In this document: piece by piece, positions 50,865 through 63,049 of the stretch
How the letters are laid out: every line of letters begins with the position of its first letter
Position numbering within the stretch: position 1 is the first letter of the stretch
Assembly: GCF_004010195.1 (NCBI RefSeq)
Contig: NC_057720.1
Coordinates: 6,686,491 to 6,750,490 of the forward strand
DNA length: 64,000 nt
DNA from: Chiloscyllium plagiosum
Taxonomy: Eukaryota
Direction of reading: 5' to 3'
Notes under the pieces: model-generated
The model's database searches: none
What the model was told of the DNA's origin: nothing
What the model saw: the letters and a program-made list of their open reading frames with translations, nothing else
Program-made: the position numbers and the translations under genes

Positions 50865-51392
50865 CAAATCACAGTCTGGATAAAGTACAGAGCACTATAG
50901 CTTACTCACAGAGATTCAAGGCCATTCTCTTCATCTGCAAGGCTAACAAGGCCTAGGACTGAGCTGAGGAGCAACCTCTTCACCCAAAGGGTCATAAATC
51001 TGTAGAATTCCCTGCCGAGTGAAATAGGTGAGGCTACCTCATTGAAGGTCTTTAAGTAAAGGTAGATTTTTGAACAGTAAACGAATTAATGGTCATGGTA
51101 AGCAGGGGATACGTGGAGCTGAGGCCATGAAAAGATCAGCCATGATGTTATTGAATGGTGGAGCAGGCTCGAGGGGCCAGGTGGCCTACTCCTGCTCCTA
51201 TTTTTTTTATTAGCTAACGTTTACCACAACCTTTTCCAAGCTCAGATCTTATTCCTAGGGCAGCATTCCAATATTTGTTTCTTCCAGGACAATTCTCTGC
51301 AGTCAGTGGTATCCACATTAGCTGGAGCATGGCCATGGAACTTTTTACACAATTGCACATTTCTTTCATGTTACTCATGCCCCCCCCCAACA

Positions 51393-52260
51393 CAATAACA
51401 GCACAGAGGTGGAGAGTGTCAAGCTCCTGAGATGGTCATCCACAACAAGCTTTCTTAGTCTCTTCATGTGGACGCACTGGTTACAAAGGCCCAATACGTC
51501 TCTTCTTCCTCAGGCAGCTGAGGAAATTTGGCATGATGGCGAATGCCCTTGCCAACTTTTATAGGCGCGCCATCGAGAGCATTCTGTCTGGATGTATCAC
51601 TGCCTGGTATGGCAACTGTACCATTCAAGATCAGAGACGGTTACAGAGAGTGGTGAACTCAGCCCAGACAATCACAAAGGCCAACCTCCCATCTATAGAA
51701 TCCATCTACCAGGCCCACTGTCAAGGAAAGGCCGCCAGCATTCTCAAAGATCCATCCCACCCTGGTAATGCTTTTCTACAACCTCGACCATCGGGGAGAA
51801 GGTACAGAAGCCTGAACACACACACCAGCTGGTTTCAAAACAGTTTCTACCCTACTGTTTTGGAGATGCTGGTGTTGGACTGGGGTGTACAAAATTAAAA
51901 ATCACACAACACCAGGTTATAGTCCAACAGGTTTAATTGGAAGCACTAGCTTTCGGAGCGACGCTCCCTCATCAACCACCTGATGAAGGAGCGTCGCTCC
52001 AAAAGCTAGTGCTTCCAATTAAACCTTTTGAACTACATCCTGATGTTGTGCGATTTTTAACTTTGTACCCTCCTGTTGTTAGAATACTGAATGGACTCAC
52101 AAATTCTTAACACTCGCCTGTACTGTGTTTCTGTCTTTGCCACTGTTTACCTATTATTTACTTATCTATGCTACTTAACTCTGTGATCCGCCTGTATTGC
52201 TCACAAGACAAAGCTTTTCACTGTGCCTCAGTACATGTGATAAATTCAATTCAATTCAAT
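51393..52260 (+). mobile_element. Rex1/Babar-type LINE 3' end with a nested family B inverted pair (51860-52065)
   Basis: NFYRRAIESILSGCITAWYGNCT...LQRVV...DPSHP...SGRRYR...NSFYP; (aattc)n tail; TSD taccctactgtt / taccctcctgtt. Confidence 0.88.
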
Positions 52261-53642
52261 CCTCAACTTTTAGCTTTCATTGGCTGTGGTATTATAGATC
52301 CACCAGAAGGGGTTTCTCCTTCCTCTTTGTCTCACTGCCATATTCCTCTTGGTACTGCTTCCAGGTCAAGCAATTCCAGATCACATGGGTGAGTATTTAT
52401 TACCATCCAAACAATTATAATTAATCCTTTGTACAAACACTTAAAATTCATTTTTTAACCGTTTCAAGAGTGATTGAAAATAACTCAACTATCTTAAAGA
52501 AACGATAATATTTTGTTTCCCTATTGTTAGTGTTTCTAAGTCAAATGGTGTCACAACTGCCATTTGGACAGGAACATAAATGTATCTGTAACAGGAATAG
52601 CTCATTCAGGCCATCAAGCCTGCCTCACTATTTAATGTGATCATGGCTGATTCTGTGTCTACGTTGGCAGATAAAGAACTTTGTAGTCAAATGATCTCTT
52701 TCCAGATTATGTTCTACAGTCCTGCAGGTCCGGTCACCTCCCTGTGTAAATGTAACCATCCCTCTCCTGTGGCATAGGCCCCAGACCTGACCTCCTGGCC
52801 TCAGATCCACCCAAGGGGATAACTGAAGCGGAGGCTACCATACTTCCACTTACTCTGGGCATTGGTTACCTCTGATGCCATAGAAGGAGGACTCAGTAAA
52901 ACTGGTGACTGAGGCCCAGAGTCACAGAGTCAAAGAATCAAACAGCATGGAAACAAACTCATCAGTCCAACTCATCCATGCCAACCAGCTTTCCCAAAAC
53001 CAAACTCATCCCATTTGCCTGCATTTAAATCATATCCCTCTAAATCTTTCCTATTCATGTAACAGTCAAAATGTCTTTTAAACATTGCTGTGGTTCTGTT
53101 CGCCGAGCTGGAAGTTTTTGTTGCAAACGTTTCGTCCCCTGGCTAGGCGAGTGCTTGGGAGCCTCCTGCGAAGCGCTTCTTTGATGTTTCCTCCGGTGTT
53201 TATAGTGGTCTGTCCCTGCCGCTTCCGGTTGTCAGTTTCAGCTGTCCGCTGTAGTGGTTGGTATATTGGGTCCGGGTCGATGTGTTTGTTGATGGAGTTT
53301 GTGGATGAATGCCATGCCTCTAGGAATTCCCTGGCTGTTCTGTCTGGCTTGCCCTATGACAGTAGTGTTGTCCCAGTCGAATTCATGTTGGCGACAACAA
53401 GCAACATGAATTTGACTGGGAAAACATTACCATTATAGGGCAAGCCAAACAAAGAACAGCCAGGGAATTCCTAGAAGCATGGCACTCATCCACAAACTCC
53501 ATCAACAAACACATCGACCTGGACCCAATATACCAACCACTACAGCGGACAGCTGAAACTGACAACCGGAAGCGGCAGGGACAGACCACTATAAAACATC
53601 AAAGAAGCGCTTCACAGGAGGCTCCCAAGCACTGAGGATGTC

Positions 53643-53757
53643 NNNNNNNNNNNNNNNNNNNNNNNNNNNNNNNNNNNNNNNNNNNNNNNNNNNNNNNNNN
53701 NNNNNNNNNNNNNNNNNNNNNNNNNNNNNNNNNNNNNNNNNNNNNNNNNNNNNNNNN
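53643..53757. other. Assembly gap
   Basis: Run of N. Confidence 1.
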
Positions 53758-53848
53758 ACAGCTGAAACTGACAACCGGTAGCGGCAGGGACAGACCACTA
53801 TAAACACCGGAGGAAACATCAAAGAAGCGCTTCGCAGGAGGCTCCCAA

Positions 53849-53888
53849 GCACTGATGATGTCGCCTAGCCAGGGGACGAAACGTTTGC
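53849..53888 (+). ncRNA. Minimal type I hammerhead ribozyme motif (family C)
   Basis: GCA-CTGATGA-T-GTCGCCT-AGCC-AGGGGAC-GAAA-CG-TT-TGC. Confidence 0.75.
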
Positions 53889-54676
53889 AACAAAAACTTC
53901 CAGCTCGGCGAACAGAACCACAGCAACGAGCACCCGAGCTACAAATCTTCTCACAAACTTTGATCTTTTAAACATTGTAAGTGTACCTGCATCCAACACT
54001 TCCTCTTGCAATTCATTCCACATATGGACCACCCTCTGTATTAAAAAATTGTCTTTCAGGTCCCTTTTAAATCTTTCTCCTCTCACCTTAAAACTTCGAC
54101 TCAAATTTGTTTTCTTTAAAGTGGAGATCCAGAATAATTAGTACGTTCATTTTCAAGCAATGCTGTTTTATTTTACTGGGTTTTCCCTCAGGGTTGGGAT
54201 TCAGGAATAGGAATGTTGTTTGTTTCCAGTAATGGTTCCATACCCCGAATCATCAAGGACCAGAGAGAGGTTGACCCCTTGACAGTGCAAATCCAAGAAA
54301 GTTCTGGAAACTGTAAATACGCACCATCGCTATCGTGATTGTGCAGTCTTCATGGAGACGGAGGATCTTCATGGGAACTGTGTCTGTCAGTAGCCTGGAG
54401 AAAGGGTTTCTACATTCCAATGTTTTGACTTCAATAAACTGAATTGCAATTCATAAGTTATTACATTCATAATTAACTCGAGACAATTAGGACACACCCG
54501 TAATGAGATCCTTCAAGTATAAAGTGAGATCACAGTCAGCCTTAAGCATTGTGATTAAAGTAGATCAAAGAGACAGCTGTTTCAGTCCTGGAATTGAAGT
54601 CAGCTGTTCTCACTTTCTTTGTTAAAGTAAATTCTGCCAAATATGTTGTGTTCTGTTTCACATTCTGTCCATAGAA

Positions 54677-54968
54677 GACAGCACGGTGGCTCAGTGGTTA
54701 GCACTGCTACATCACAGCACCAGGGATCCAGATTCAATTCTGCCCTTTGGGTAATTGTATGGAGTTTGCACATTCTCCCTGTGTCAGCGTGGGTTTCCTC
54801 CGGGTGCTCCGGTTTCCTCCCACAGTCCAAAGATGTGCAGTTTAGGTGGATTGGCCATGTTCAGTTGTGCAGTTTAGGTGGGTTAGCCATGGGAAATATA
54901 GGGGGTAGGATGCTCTTTGGAGGGTCAGTGTGGCCTGAACGGTCTGCCCCACAAAGTAGGGATTTTAC
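54677..54968 (+). mobile_element. V-domain SINE
   Basis: gcacggtggctcagtggttagcactgct plus V core. Confidence 0.88.
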
Positions 54969-55164
54969 GAAGGTTCACACAGCTCTGTGTGATGTGATCA
55001 TCAACTGGTTTTAACATTGATTCATCCTTGTAGGAAATAGCAGAAGAGCAAAGTGTTTCAAAGTGTTGCCAAAAGCAAATTATCTTATTAAATTACTGTC
55101 TCTGATTACTTTAACAAATGAAGCAAACATTTTGTGTCAACATATCCTGTGAAACAACCTGAAT

Positions 55165-55370
55165 GAAAGACTTGCATTTATATAGCATCTTTCATGAATA
55201 TGTGCGAAAGGGCTTTACCACCAGTAAAGTACTTTTGAATCGTAGTAATCGTTATAATACAGGAGTCTCACTAGAAATTTGCACACAGTAAGCTCACATG
55301 AGAAGGAATACAATGATGATCAGGTATCATAGTTTCAGTGACATTGGTTGTTGGATAAATACCAGCTTCT
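55165..55370 (-). mobile_element. Old Deu-domain-like SINE remnant (related pieces ~7700-7995, 48300-48680)
   Basis: aagacttgcatttatatagc...aagtacttttgaa...aatttgcacacag resembles the DeuSINE antisense, from recall. Confidence 0.5.
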
Positions 55371-55669
55371 CATGAAGGAATTTCCAAACTTCGGACTAGG
55401 ATTCTTGGAGGTGTGTTCACCAAGAGTAGGACAAACTCTATGAGAAGGCATTGTTGGAGGAAACTGAGATTACCCAAGAAATTTAGACAATGTCACAGTT
55501 GCAGTGAGTGAGACTGTGTAAAAGTGCTCACCCACTGACAGATCTGGTCTTGCACAACGACTGTGCCTCTCTAACAGGCATGGCTGGAGGATGTAGAAGT
55601 ACGGAACCATGAATCCATGGAGGGAATGGAACATGAGGATTTTTTGGAGTATGTGTTCGGCGCTGAAGA

Positions 55670-56130
55670 CAATGCCTTTGCCTGAATGGGGGGTAGCTCC
55701 AACAACATTCAAGATGGTTGACACCATCCAGGACAAAGCAGTCCCCACTAAATTGGCACCACATTCACAAACATCCACTCCCTCTACCATCAATGCTCAG
55801 TAGCAACAGTGTGTACTATCTACGCAATGCACCTCAGAAATTCACCAAAGATCCTCAGACAGCACCTTCCAAACCCATGCCAATCTCTGTCTAGAAGGAC
55901 AAAGGCAGCAGATACATGGGAACACAGTTCCCCTCCAATCCACTCACCATCCTGACTTGGAAATAAATCACTTTTCCTTTACTGTGCTGGGTCAAAACCC
56001 TAGAACTCCCTCCCTAACAGCACTGTGGGTCTACCTACAGCGCAGGGATTACAGTGATTCAGGAAGACAGCTCACTACCAGATGTATTCTGGGATGAGCA
56101 ACAAATGTTCAATGATGCAACGTATGAAAG
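55670..56130 (+). mobile_element. Second LINE family 3' fragment
   Basis: Homologous to 3460-4085. Confidence 0.75.
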
Positions 56131-56197
56131 AAATTTTTAATTTAATGACCTCAGTCATTTGCCCCATCTAAAAGTGTTCATTCAGGATCCAGATACT

Positions 56198-56615
56198 TTA
56201 GAAACATAGAAAATAGGAGCAGGAGTAGGCCATTCAGCCCTTCAAGCCAGCACCACCATTGAATATGATCATGACCGGCACCGTATTCGGGCTTTCTCCC
56301 CATATCCTTTGATCCATTTAGCGCTAAACACTATGTATAACTCCTTCTTGAAAACATTCAATGTTTAGGCCTCAACCACTTTCTGTGGCAGAGAATTCCG
56401 CAGGCTTCCCACTCTCTGGGTGAAGACATTTCTCCTCATCTCAGTCCAACTCAGATTCTTAGACCATGACCCTTGGTTCTGGACTCCCTCATCATTGGGA
56501 AACATTCTTCCTGCAGTTACACTGTCCAGTCCTTTAAAGTATTGTAGGTTTCAGTCAGAATTCCGCCTCCCCCACCCCTCCACGCACCCCAAACACCCCA
56601 ACTCTTCTAAACTTC
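56198..56615 (-). mobile_element. CR1 tail
   Basis: gtgaagacatttctcctcatctcagtcc. Confidence 0.8.
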
Positions 56616-57351
56616 AGGTAAACTCCATTTACCCCTGTTCTCCTTGCTAAGTTGATTTCAGCTTGCAATTCCATAAAGGTTGCCTGGTAAGAAAATGTAA
56701 TGAGCTGGAGGGTGCAAAGGCAAGCCCAATGAATGGTTTACATACCCAACTCCAGCTCCAGCAAAATGTATCCCTACATATTCATAGGGGGTAGATGGAC
56801 AATGAAACAGTAACTCTGTAACTAAATGAAACTTAATGGTTATGAGTATTAAGTCTTCATTTTGCACCCTCAATGGAACTGCCCAGCACCACATGAGAAA
56901 AGTCTAATCCAGAAGCAAATATACTGTCTCTTCAATTTGCCATTGTGAATTGTAAGATTGACTTATCCAAATATCTTGGATCTTGCAGTTCTATCATCTG
57001 AACAGTCAAACCTGCCCTTTGCAATGACCAGGTTGGCACCTCATGGTTTCAGCAGCCAACCAACCCAACCCTGTTTTTTATAAGAGGAAGGGTCTCCCTT
57101 TGGCCCAGGCACAGCAGATGGGTTTCAAAGAGGGACAAGAGGCTGTTTTTGTTCCTTCCCCCGTCTGCTCCTGCCCTGTACAGAAGTATCCTTTTCTCAA
57201 GATGGCATTCTTTATGTGTGCGTTTATCAAATTAATTCATGGGCTTGTCACTGAGTGTCATTGGCTGGGCCCAGCATTTATTGCCCGTCCCTAGTTAAAC
57301 TTGAGAAGATGGTAGTGAGCTGCCTTCCTGAATTGCTGCAGTTGGTGGGGC

Positions 57352-57690
57352 TTTTATTTATTTGATCATGGGATGAGGGCATCGCTAGTGAGGCTAGCAT
57401 TTATTGCCCATCCCTAATTGCCCAGAGGGCAGTTAAGAGTCAACCACACTGCTGGAATTGCATGTAGGTCCGGTGAGGAGGGCAGTTTCTTTCCCAAAAG
57501 GACATAAGTGAACCAGACATGGGTTTTTTCGACAATGGATTCATGGTCATCATTTGACTCTTAATTCCAGATTTGTTTTATTGAACTCAAACTCTCCCAT
57601 CCATGGGATACAAACTCAGGTCCCCAGAACATTATCTGGGTCTCTGGATTAACAGCCCAGCGATAATACCACTAGGCCATCACCTGCCCC
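57352..57690 (-). mobile_element. Full-length tRNA-headed SINE (bipartite LINE derivative)
   Basis: Minus-strand head ggggcaggtgatggcctagtggtattatcgctggg...; tail shared with the second LINE family. Confidence 0.8.
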
Positions 57691-57899
57691 AATTGTGGAT
57701 TGTTCCACAATACCCTTACAAAGGAGGTTGCAAGATTTTGACCTCGCAACAGTGAATAAATGGTGATATGCAGATGAACCTCAATTATCCGGCATCCGAT
57801 TATCCGAGTATCGGATTATGCAGTGAGATCACAAGGTCCTGATGCTTGGCTAAACTATGTTATGCAGCATCCAATTATCTGGAATAAGATTAACTGAGC

Positions 57900-59010
57900 A
57901 AAACTCCATTTGCCACCTCTCAGCCCAGCTCTGTAGCTTAGCTATGTCCCTCTGTAACCTGCAACATCCTTCAGCACTATCGACAATTCCACCGACCTTA
58001 GTGTCATCCGCAAATTTACTAACCCATCCTTCTATGCCCTCATCCAGGTCATTTATAAAAATAACAAACAGCAGTGGCCCCAAGACAGATCTTTGCATTA
58101 CCACTAGTAACTGAACTCCAGGATGAGCATTTCCAATCAACCACCACCCTCTGTCTTCTCTCAACTAGCCAATTTCTGATCCAAACCGCTAAATCACCCT
58201 CAATCCTATGCCTCTGTATTTTGTGCAATAGCCTACTGCGGGGAACCGTATCAAAGGCCGTACTGAAATCCATATACACCACATCAACCGCTTTACCCTC
58301 ATCCACCTGTTTGGCCACCATCTCAAAGAACTCAATAAGGTTTGTGAGGCATGACCTACCCTTCACTAAACTGTGTTGACTATCCTTAATCAACTTATTC
58401 ATTTCTAGATGATTATAAATCCTATCTCTTGTAACCTTTCCAACATGTTACCCACAACCGAAGTAAGGCTCACATATCTATAATTACCAGGGTTGTCTCT
58501 ACTCCCCTTCTTCAACAAGGGGACAATGTTTGCTAACCTCCTGTTTTCTGGCGTTACTCTTGTAGACAATGACAACATAAAGATCAAAGCCAAAGGTTCT
58601 GCAATCTCTTCCCTGCCTTCCCAGAGAAGCCTAGGATAAATACCATCTGGCCCAGGGGACTTACCTATTTTCACACTTTCCAGAATTGCTAACACCTCCT
58701 CCTTGTGAACCTCAATCCCCTCTAATCTAGTAGACTGTATCTCAGTATTGTCCTCAACCACATTGTCTTTTTCTAGTGTGAATGCTGATGAAAAATAGTC
58801 ATTTAGCGCTCCCTCTATCTCATAGATTTCACGCACAACTTCCCACTAATGTCCTTGATTGACCCTAATCTTATTCTAATTATTCTTTTATTTCTGATAT
58901 ACCTATAGAAAGCTTTAGGGTTTTTTTTGATCCTATCTGCCAATTACTTCGCATCTCCCCTCCTGGTTCTTCTTAGGTCTCTCTTCAGGTCTTTCCTGGC
59001 TCACTTGTAA
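57900..59010 (-). mobile_element. CR1-clade LINE ORF2 internal fragment
   Basis: KSPGPDGIYPRLL; SCLTNLIEFF...VDVVYMDFSTAFDTVP; KFADDTK. Confidence 0.93.
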
Positions 59011-59234
59011 CATCCCACCCAGACCCAGTCCCAAGCCTATCCCTGTAATCGTGAGTTGTTGGAGTTGCTGTTGCTGTTGCTATTTAATCATTCATGGGCT
59101 AATCCACCTAGCTACACATTACTGAACACCCTTCCTTTCATATTTCCTATGAGGATGAATCAATAAAATTGAAGGATTAAAACTAACTGGTGATCAGAGT
59201 TGAATTTGTTGTTGAATGGCGCACCTTCATAAAA

Positions 59235-59558
59235 TTTATACTTCGTGGAAGCAAGCCACTCAGCCCATTAAGTCCATACCGACCCTCCAAAGAGCATCCA
59301 CCCAGACCCACTCCATCCCTGTAACCCTGCATTTCCCATGGCTAACCCACCTAGCCTGCACACCTTATGCAATTTAGCATGGCCAATCCACCTAAACTGC
59401 ACATTTTTGGACTGTGTGAGGAAATCACAGCATCCAGATGATATCCATGCAGACACGGGGAGAACGTGTAAACTCCACACTGACAGTTGTGTGAGGGTGG
59501 ATTCAAACTCGGGTCCATAGCACTGTGAGGCAACAAAGCTAACTGCTGAACCACTGCG
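59235..59558 (-). mobile_element. V-domain SINE
   Basis: gcaatttagcatggccaatccacctaaactgcac. Confidence 0.85.
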
Positions 59559-59939
59559 TACTCCCCAGGATGATTTGGGATGAATGGTAAGTGCTCAGTG
59601 AACAAGTGATACCCACAGCTCATGGATAACTGAAGAACAAGTGCAGTAATTCAGACTGAGTGAGCTATCACACCTCACTCCCATCGATTGGGAAAGGCTG
59701 AATGGGCTTGTTCTCTTTTCCCTTGAAATGAGAATACTGAGGGATTTGGAAACGTTCTGACAATTACTTTCCACTTACTGCCGTGGGCGAGGTCATAACT
59801 GGAGACCATCAATACAATAAGTCACTCAGAAATCCAAGCAGGAATTCAGAAGAAACTTCTTAATGTGAAGCGCAGTGAGGAAAAGAATCTCACCTCCACA
59901 GGGAATGGTCAAGGTGAATCATATGGGCATATCTAAATA

Positions 59940-60153
59940 GGGAGAAACTGAGGACTGCAGATGTTGGAGATCAGAGTCACGAGTGTGTTGCTGGAAAAGC
60001 ACAGCAGGTCAGGTAACATCCAAAGAGCAGGAGAATCGATGTTTTAGACTAGAACCTGATGATTCCTGGTGAAGGGCACTGGCCCGAAACGTTGATTTTC
60101 CTGCTCCTCTGATGCTGCCTGACCTGTTGTGCTTTTCCAGCACCACTCTCATA
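59940..60153. mobile_element. Family A inverted pair
   Basis: gctggaaaagcacagcaggtcagg ... cctgacctgttgtgcttttccagc; core ctggtgaagggcactggcccgaaacgttgatt. Confidence 0.82.
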
Positions 60154-60316
60154 TCTGAATGTGTGTGGTTGATTTGTGTAGACAGCTGATTTGTAATGTA
60201 AAAGGATGCCAACAGCATAAGTTCAATGCCATCACCAGCTGAAGTCACCATGAAGGACTCTCCTTCTCAACCATTCCCTCACCTGAGGCATGGTGATCCC
60301 CAGGTTAAACCAGTCA

Positions 60317-60340
60317 TCTCTCTCTCTCTCTCTCTCTCTT

Positions 60341-60380
<40 letters not shown>
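60317..60380 (+). repeat. (CT)n microsatellite expanded inside a SINE
   Basis: Direct observation. Confidence 0.95.
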
Positions 60381-60382
<2 letters not shown>

Positions 60383-61765
60383 GTGAGACAATGGTGACTT
60401 TACCCTTACCTACTTAAAATAAAATATAAACCTGAAAGGAAAATAATTTTTTTGCTGATGGGGCGAAATGAGAAAGAATAACAGGATTTCCAATGAAGTG
60501 TAAGTACCAGCATGGACCAGTTGGGCTGAATGGCCTGTTTCATTACTGTACAATCTATGCACTCCTGTCCGAACATTTTCATCACATCAAATGCTTCTCC
60601 TCATTCACCGCTTCATCTTTCCTGCTCAAAGGAGAACAATCCCAGTCAGCTTCAGAAATCTTTTCAGATTATTGAAAGTCTTCGCCCCTGTATCATTCCA
60701 GTGATCTTCCTCTGCTTCCTCTTCAATGCCAGATAGTCCAAGCTGAGGTCAATCTCCAGAATTGACCTCAACTGCTCCAGCTGGTGTGTAATCAGTTATT
60801 TATGAAAATTAACTATAGCTTCCCTGATTGTGAGGAACATTGAGAGGATAGGAAGCAGTATTTCCATAACAGAGTGCAGCAGAAGCTGAGGGTCTAAGAA
60901 TACCCATACCCACGTCCTCTTCGCGTGTTTTGCCCTCTGAGGTGAAAGGGTGAACCTGGAGGAAGAGGGAGTCAAAGAGAAAAAGCAACCTGTGATACGC
61001 TTCTGTCAATTCAATGTGGTGACTATAGCTCAGTGACCCTCCCCACCCTTTTCCTCTGCATTGTTAAGTGCCCTAAGACAAGTTCTTGTACAGTATTAGT
61101 ACAAGTCATTACTGAAGTCCATTAAAGGAAGGTAACTGGTAAGTGATCTTAATTACCTTGAATTAAAATGGAAAATGGAGAGATCATTTCGAAGGAGAGT
61201 AAAGTTGGACCGGATTTCTAACAGGGGAAGAAGGCCAAGCCCTGGACCTTTCTTGCGATCAAATTAATGGGAGCTAGAAAAAGAAATTTGCATAGGAAAT
61301 ATCCTTGCAGTTTAATTATCCATGGCTCTGAGATATCACTCAGCACTCGTGCCTGACAATAATCATGACCACCAGAATCATTAAGAACCAATTAAACTAA
61401 TAATTAAGAAATTTGGATGTCAAGAAAAGGGATAGCAAGATGCAAATTTCAGTCATAAATTTCAGCTTTAAGCACTTGGCATGATTGAGTTTGACTCAAA
61501 GTAGGACATTAGGCTGTGGGACTGCTTCAATGCACTCAGCTGATCAGCAGAAGTCAAGTGCATTGAATACATTACACTGGCCAGCTTCTGAGGTTTGTAG
61601 AGATAGGACTTGATTCCAAAGCCAGCAGTGAATTCAGTGGGGTTAGGGAACCAACTCCCCCCCACCCAACTCCCCAACCACCACCACCCCACCCCGGCCA
61701 CCTTCTTTAATTGTAACTATTTTCTTCTCTTGGGCCTCAGTTCCATGTTCCATGATTTCACTCCC

Positions 61766-61975
61766 AAAAGTTAAAAATCACACAGCACCAGGTTATAGTC
61801 CAACAGGTTAATTTAGAAGCACTAGCTTTCGGAGCGCTGTTCCTTCATCAGGTGGTTCACTTGATGAAGAAGCAGCACTCGAAAGCTAGTGCTTCTAAAT
61901 TAACCTGTTGGACTATAACCTGATGTTGTGTGATTTTTAATTTTGTCCACCTCAGTCCAACACCGACATCTACAC
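61766..61975. mobile_element. Family B inverted pair
   Basis: ~90-bp arms: aaaatcacacagcaccaggttatagtccaacagg ... cctgttggactataacctgatgttgtgtgatttt. Confidence 0.85.
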
Positions 61976-63049
61976 ATCATCAATTCCAAATGTGACTGTA
62001 TCAACCCAAGGGGGCCTGCATTTTGAGATCTGGATGGCACCATTAGGAATCAGATTGGGGACGTGGTGGGGAAAGATTCCTGATTCGTGGTAGGTTAAAC
62101 GGAGGACACATGGACACAAGGGAGCCAAAGTTTTCCTGATGTTACCATCTCTAACATCCATATCCATCTTTCCCGCAAGATTAAATCTTTGGTTTCTTCA
62201 AGCGGGTTTTTATCTCTGATGCAATAAAGTGACAAACAGCATCTTCTGGGACTGTGAATGTGCACATCCTCCTCATCCTCATTGAGCACAACTGTAGTCA
62301 GTCACCACTCCACCCTGTTCCAAAGCCTGCTTCCACTCCCCCCCCCCATTCTCCAGCTTGGGTCAGATTGTTTGCACTCAGTCTCCCTTTTAGCTCATCC
62401 AAATGTAAGTCTCTAGGTCGCATATGCTCTGTGGCACCTCTCTGCCTCATTTGTTACATACTCCTCCCACACTATATTCTCTACAGCACAACTTCAGGCA
62501 CCAGAGCTCCATGCTCTACTATTGCCAGTAAGTCTAATGGATTCATGGTGTTGTCATAAAACCCAGAGCTGGCAAAAGGAATTGTCATAGATCAGTCCAT
62601 GATTTGCCATAAGCAATATAGATTAGCAGTAAAATCCATTATTAGGCTATTTATGGAGATGTACAGCAAGCTGTCCATGCCAACCAGATATCCCAACCCC
62701 ACCTGCCAGTACCTAGCGCATATCCCTCCAAACCCTTCCTATTCATATATCCATCCAGATGCCTTGCAGTCGGTTAGCTCATTGAGCTGGACGGCTGGCT
62801 TGTGGTGTGAAGTGATGCCAACATTATGAGATCAATTCCTTGCACCAGCTGAGGTTACCACGAGGTACTCTCTTTCTCAACCTCTCCCCTCACCGGTGAT
62901 CTGGGGGTTCAGCCCCCACCAGAGCAGCCCTATGGTTCAGTCAGGTTGTGGTGTGTTCACTTTTGTAACTGGAGTAGGAGGATGTGAATAGCCTTTGTTG
63001 GAAATCTGCTTTCACGGCCACAGAAATGGCAGGTGACGGCCATCCCCAA

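Larger units (their letters stand above)
53088..53962. mobile_element. Penelope-like element (family C): inverted pLTR and apparently tandem pLTRs
   Basis: Minus copy 53088-53388; plus copies 53390-53642 and 53758-53962. Confidence 0.88.
52920..54100 (-). mobile_element. CR1 tail interrupted by a PLE
   Basis: tcttttaaacattg duplicated on both sides of the PLE. Confidence 0.85.
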
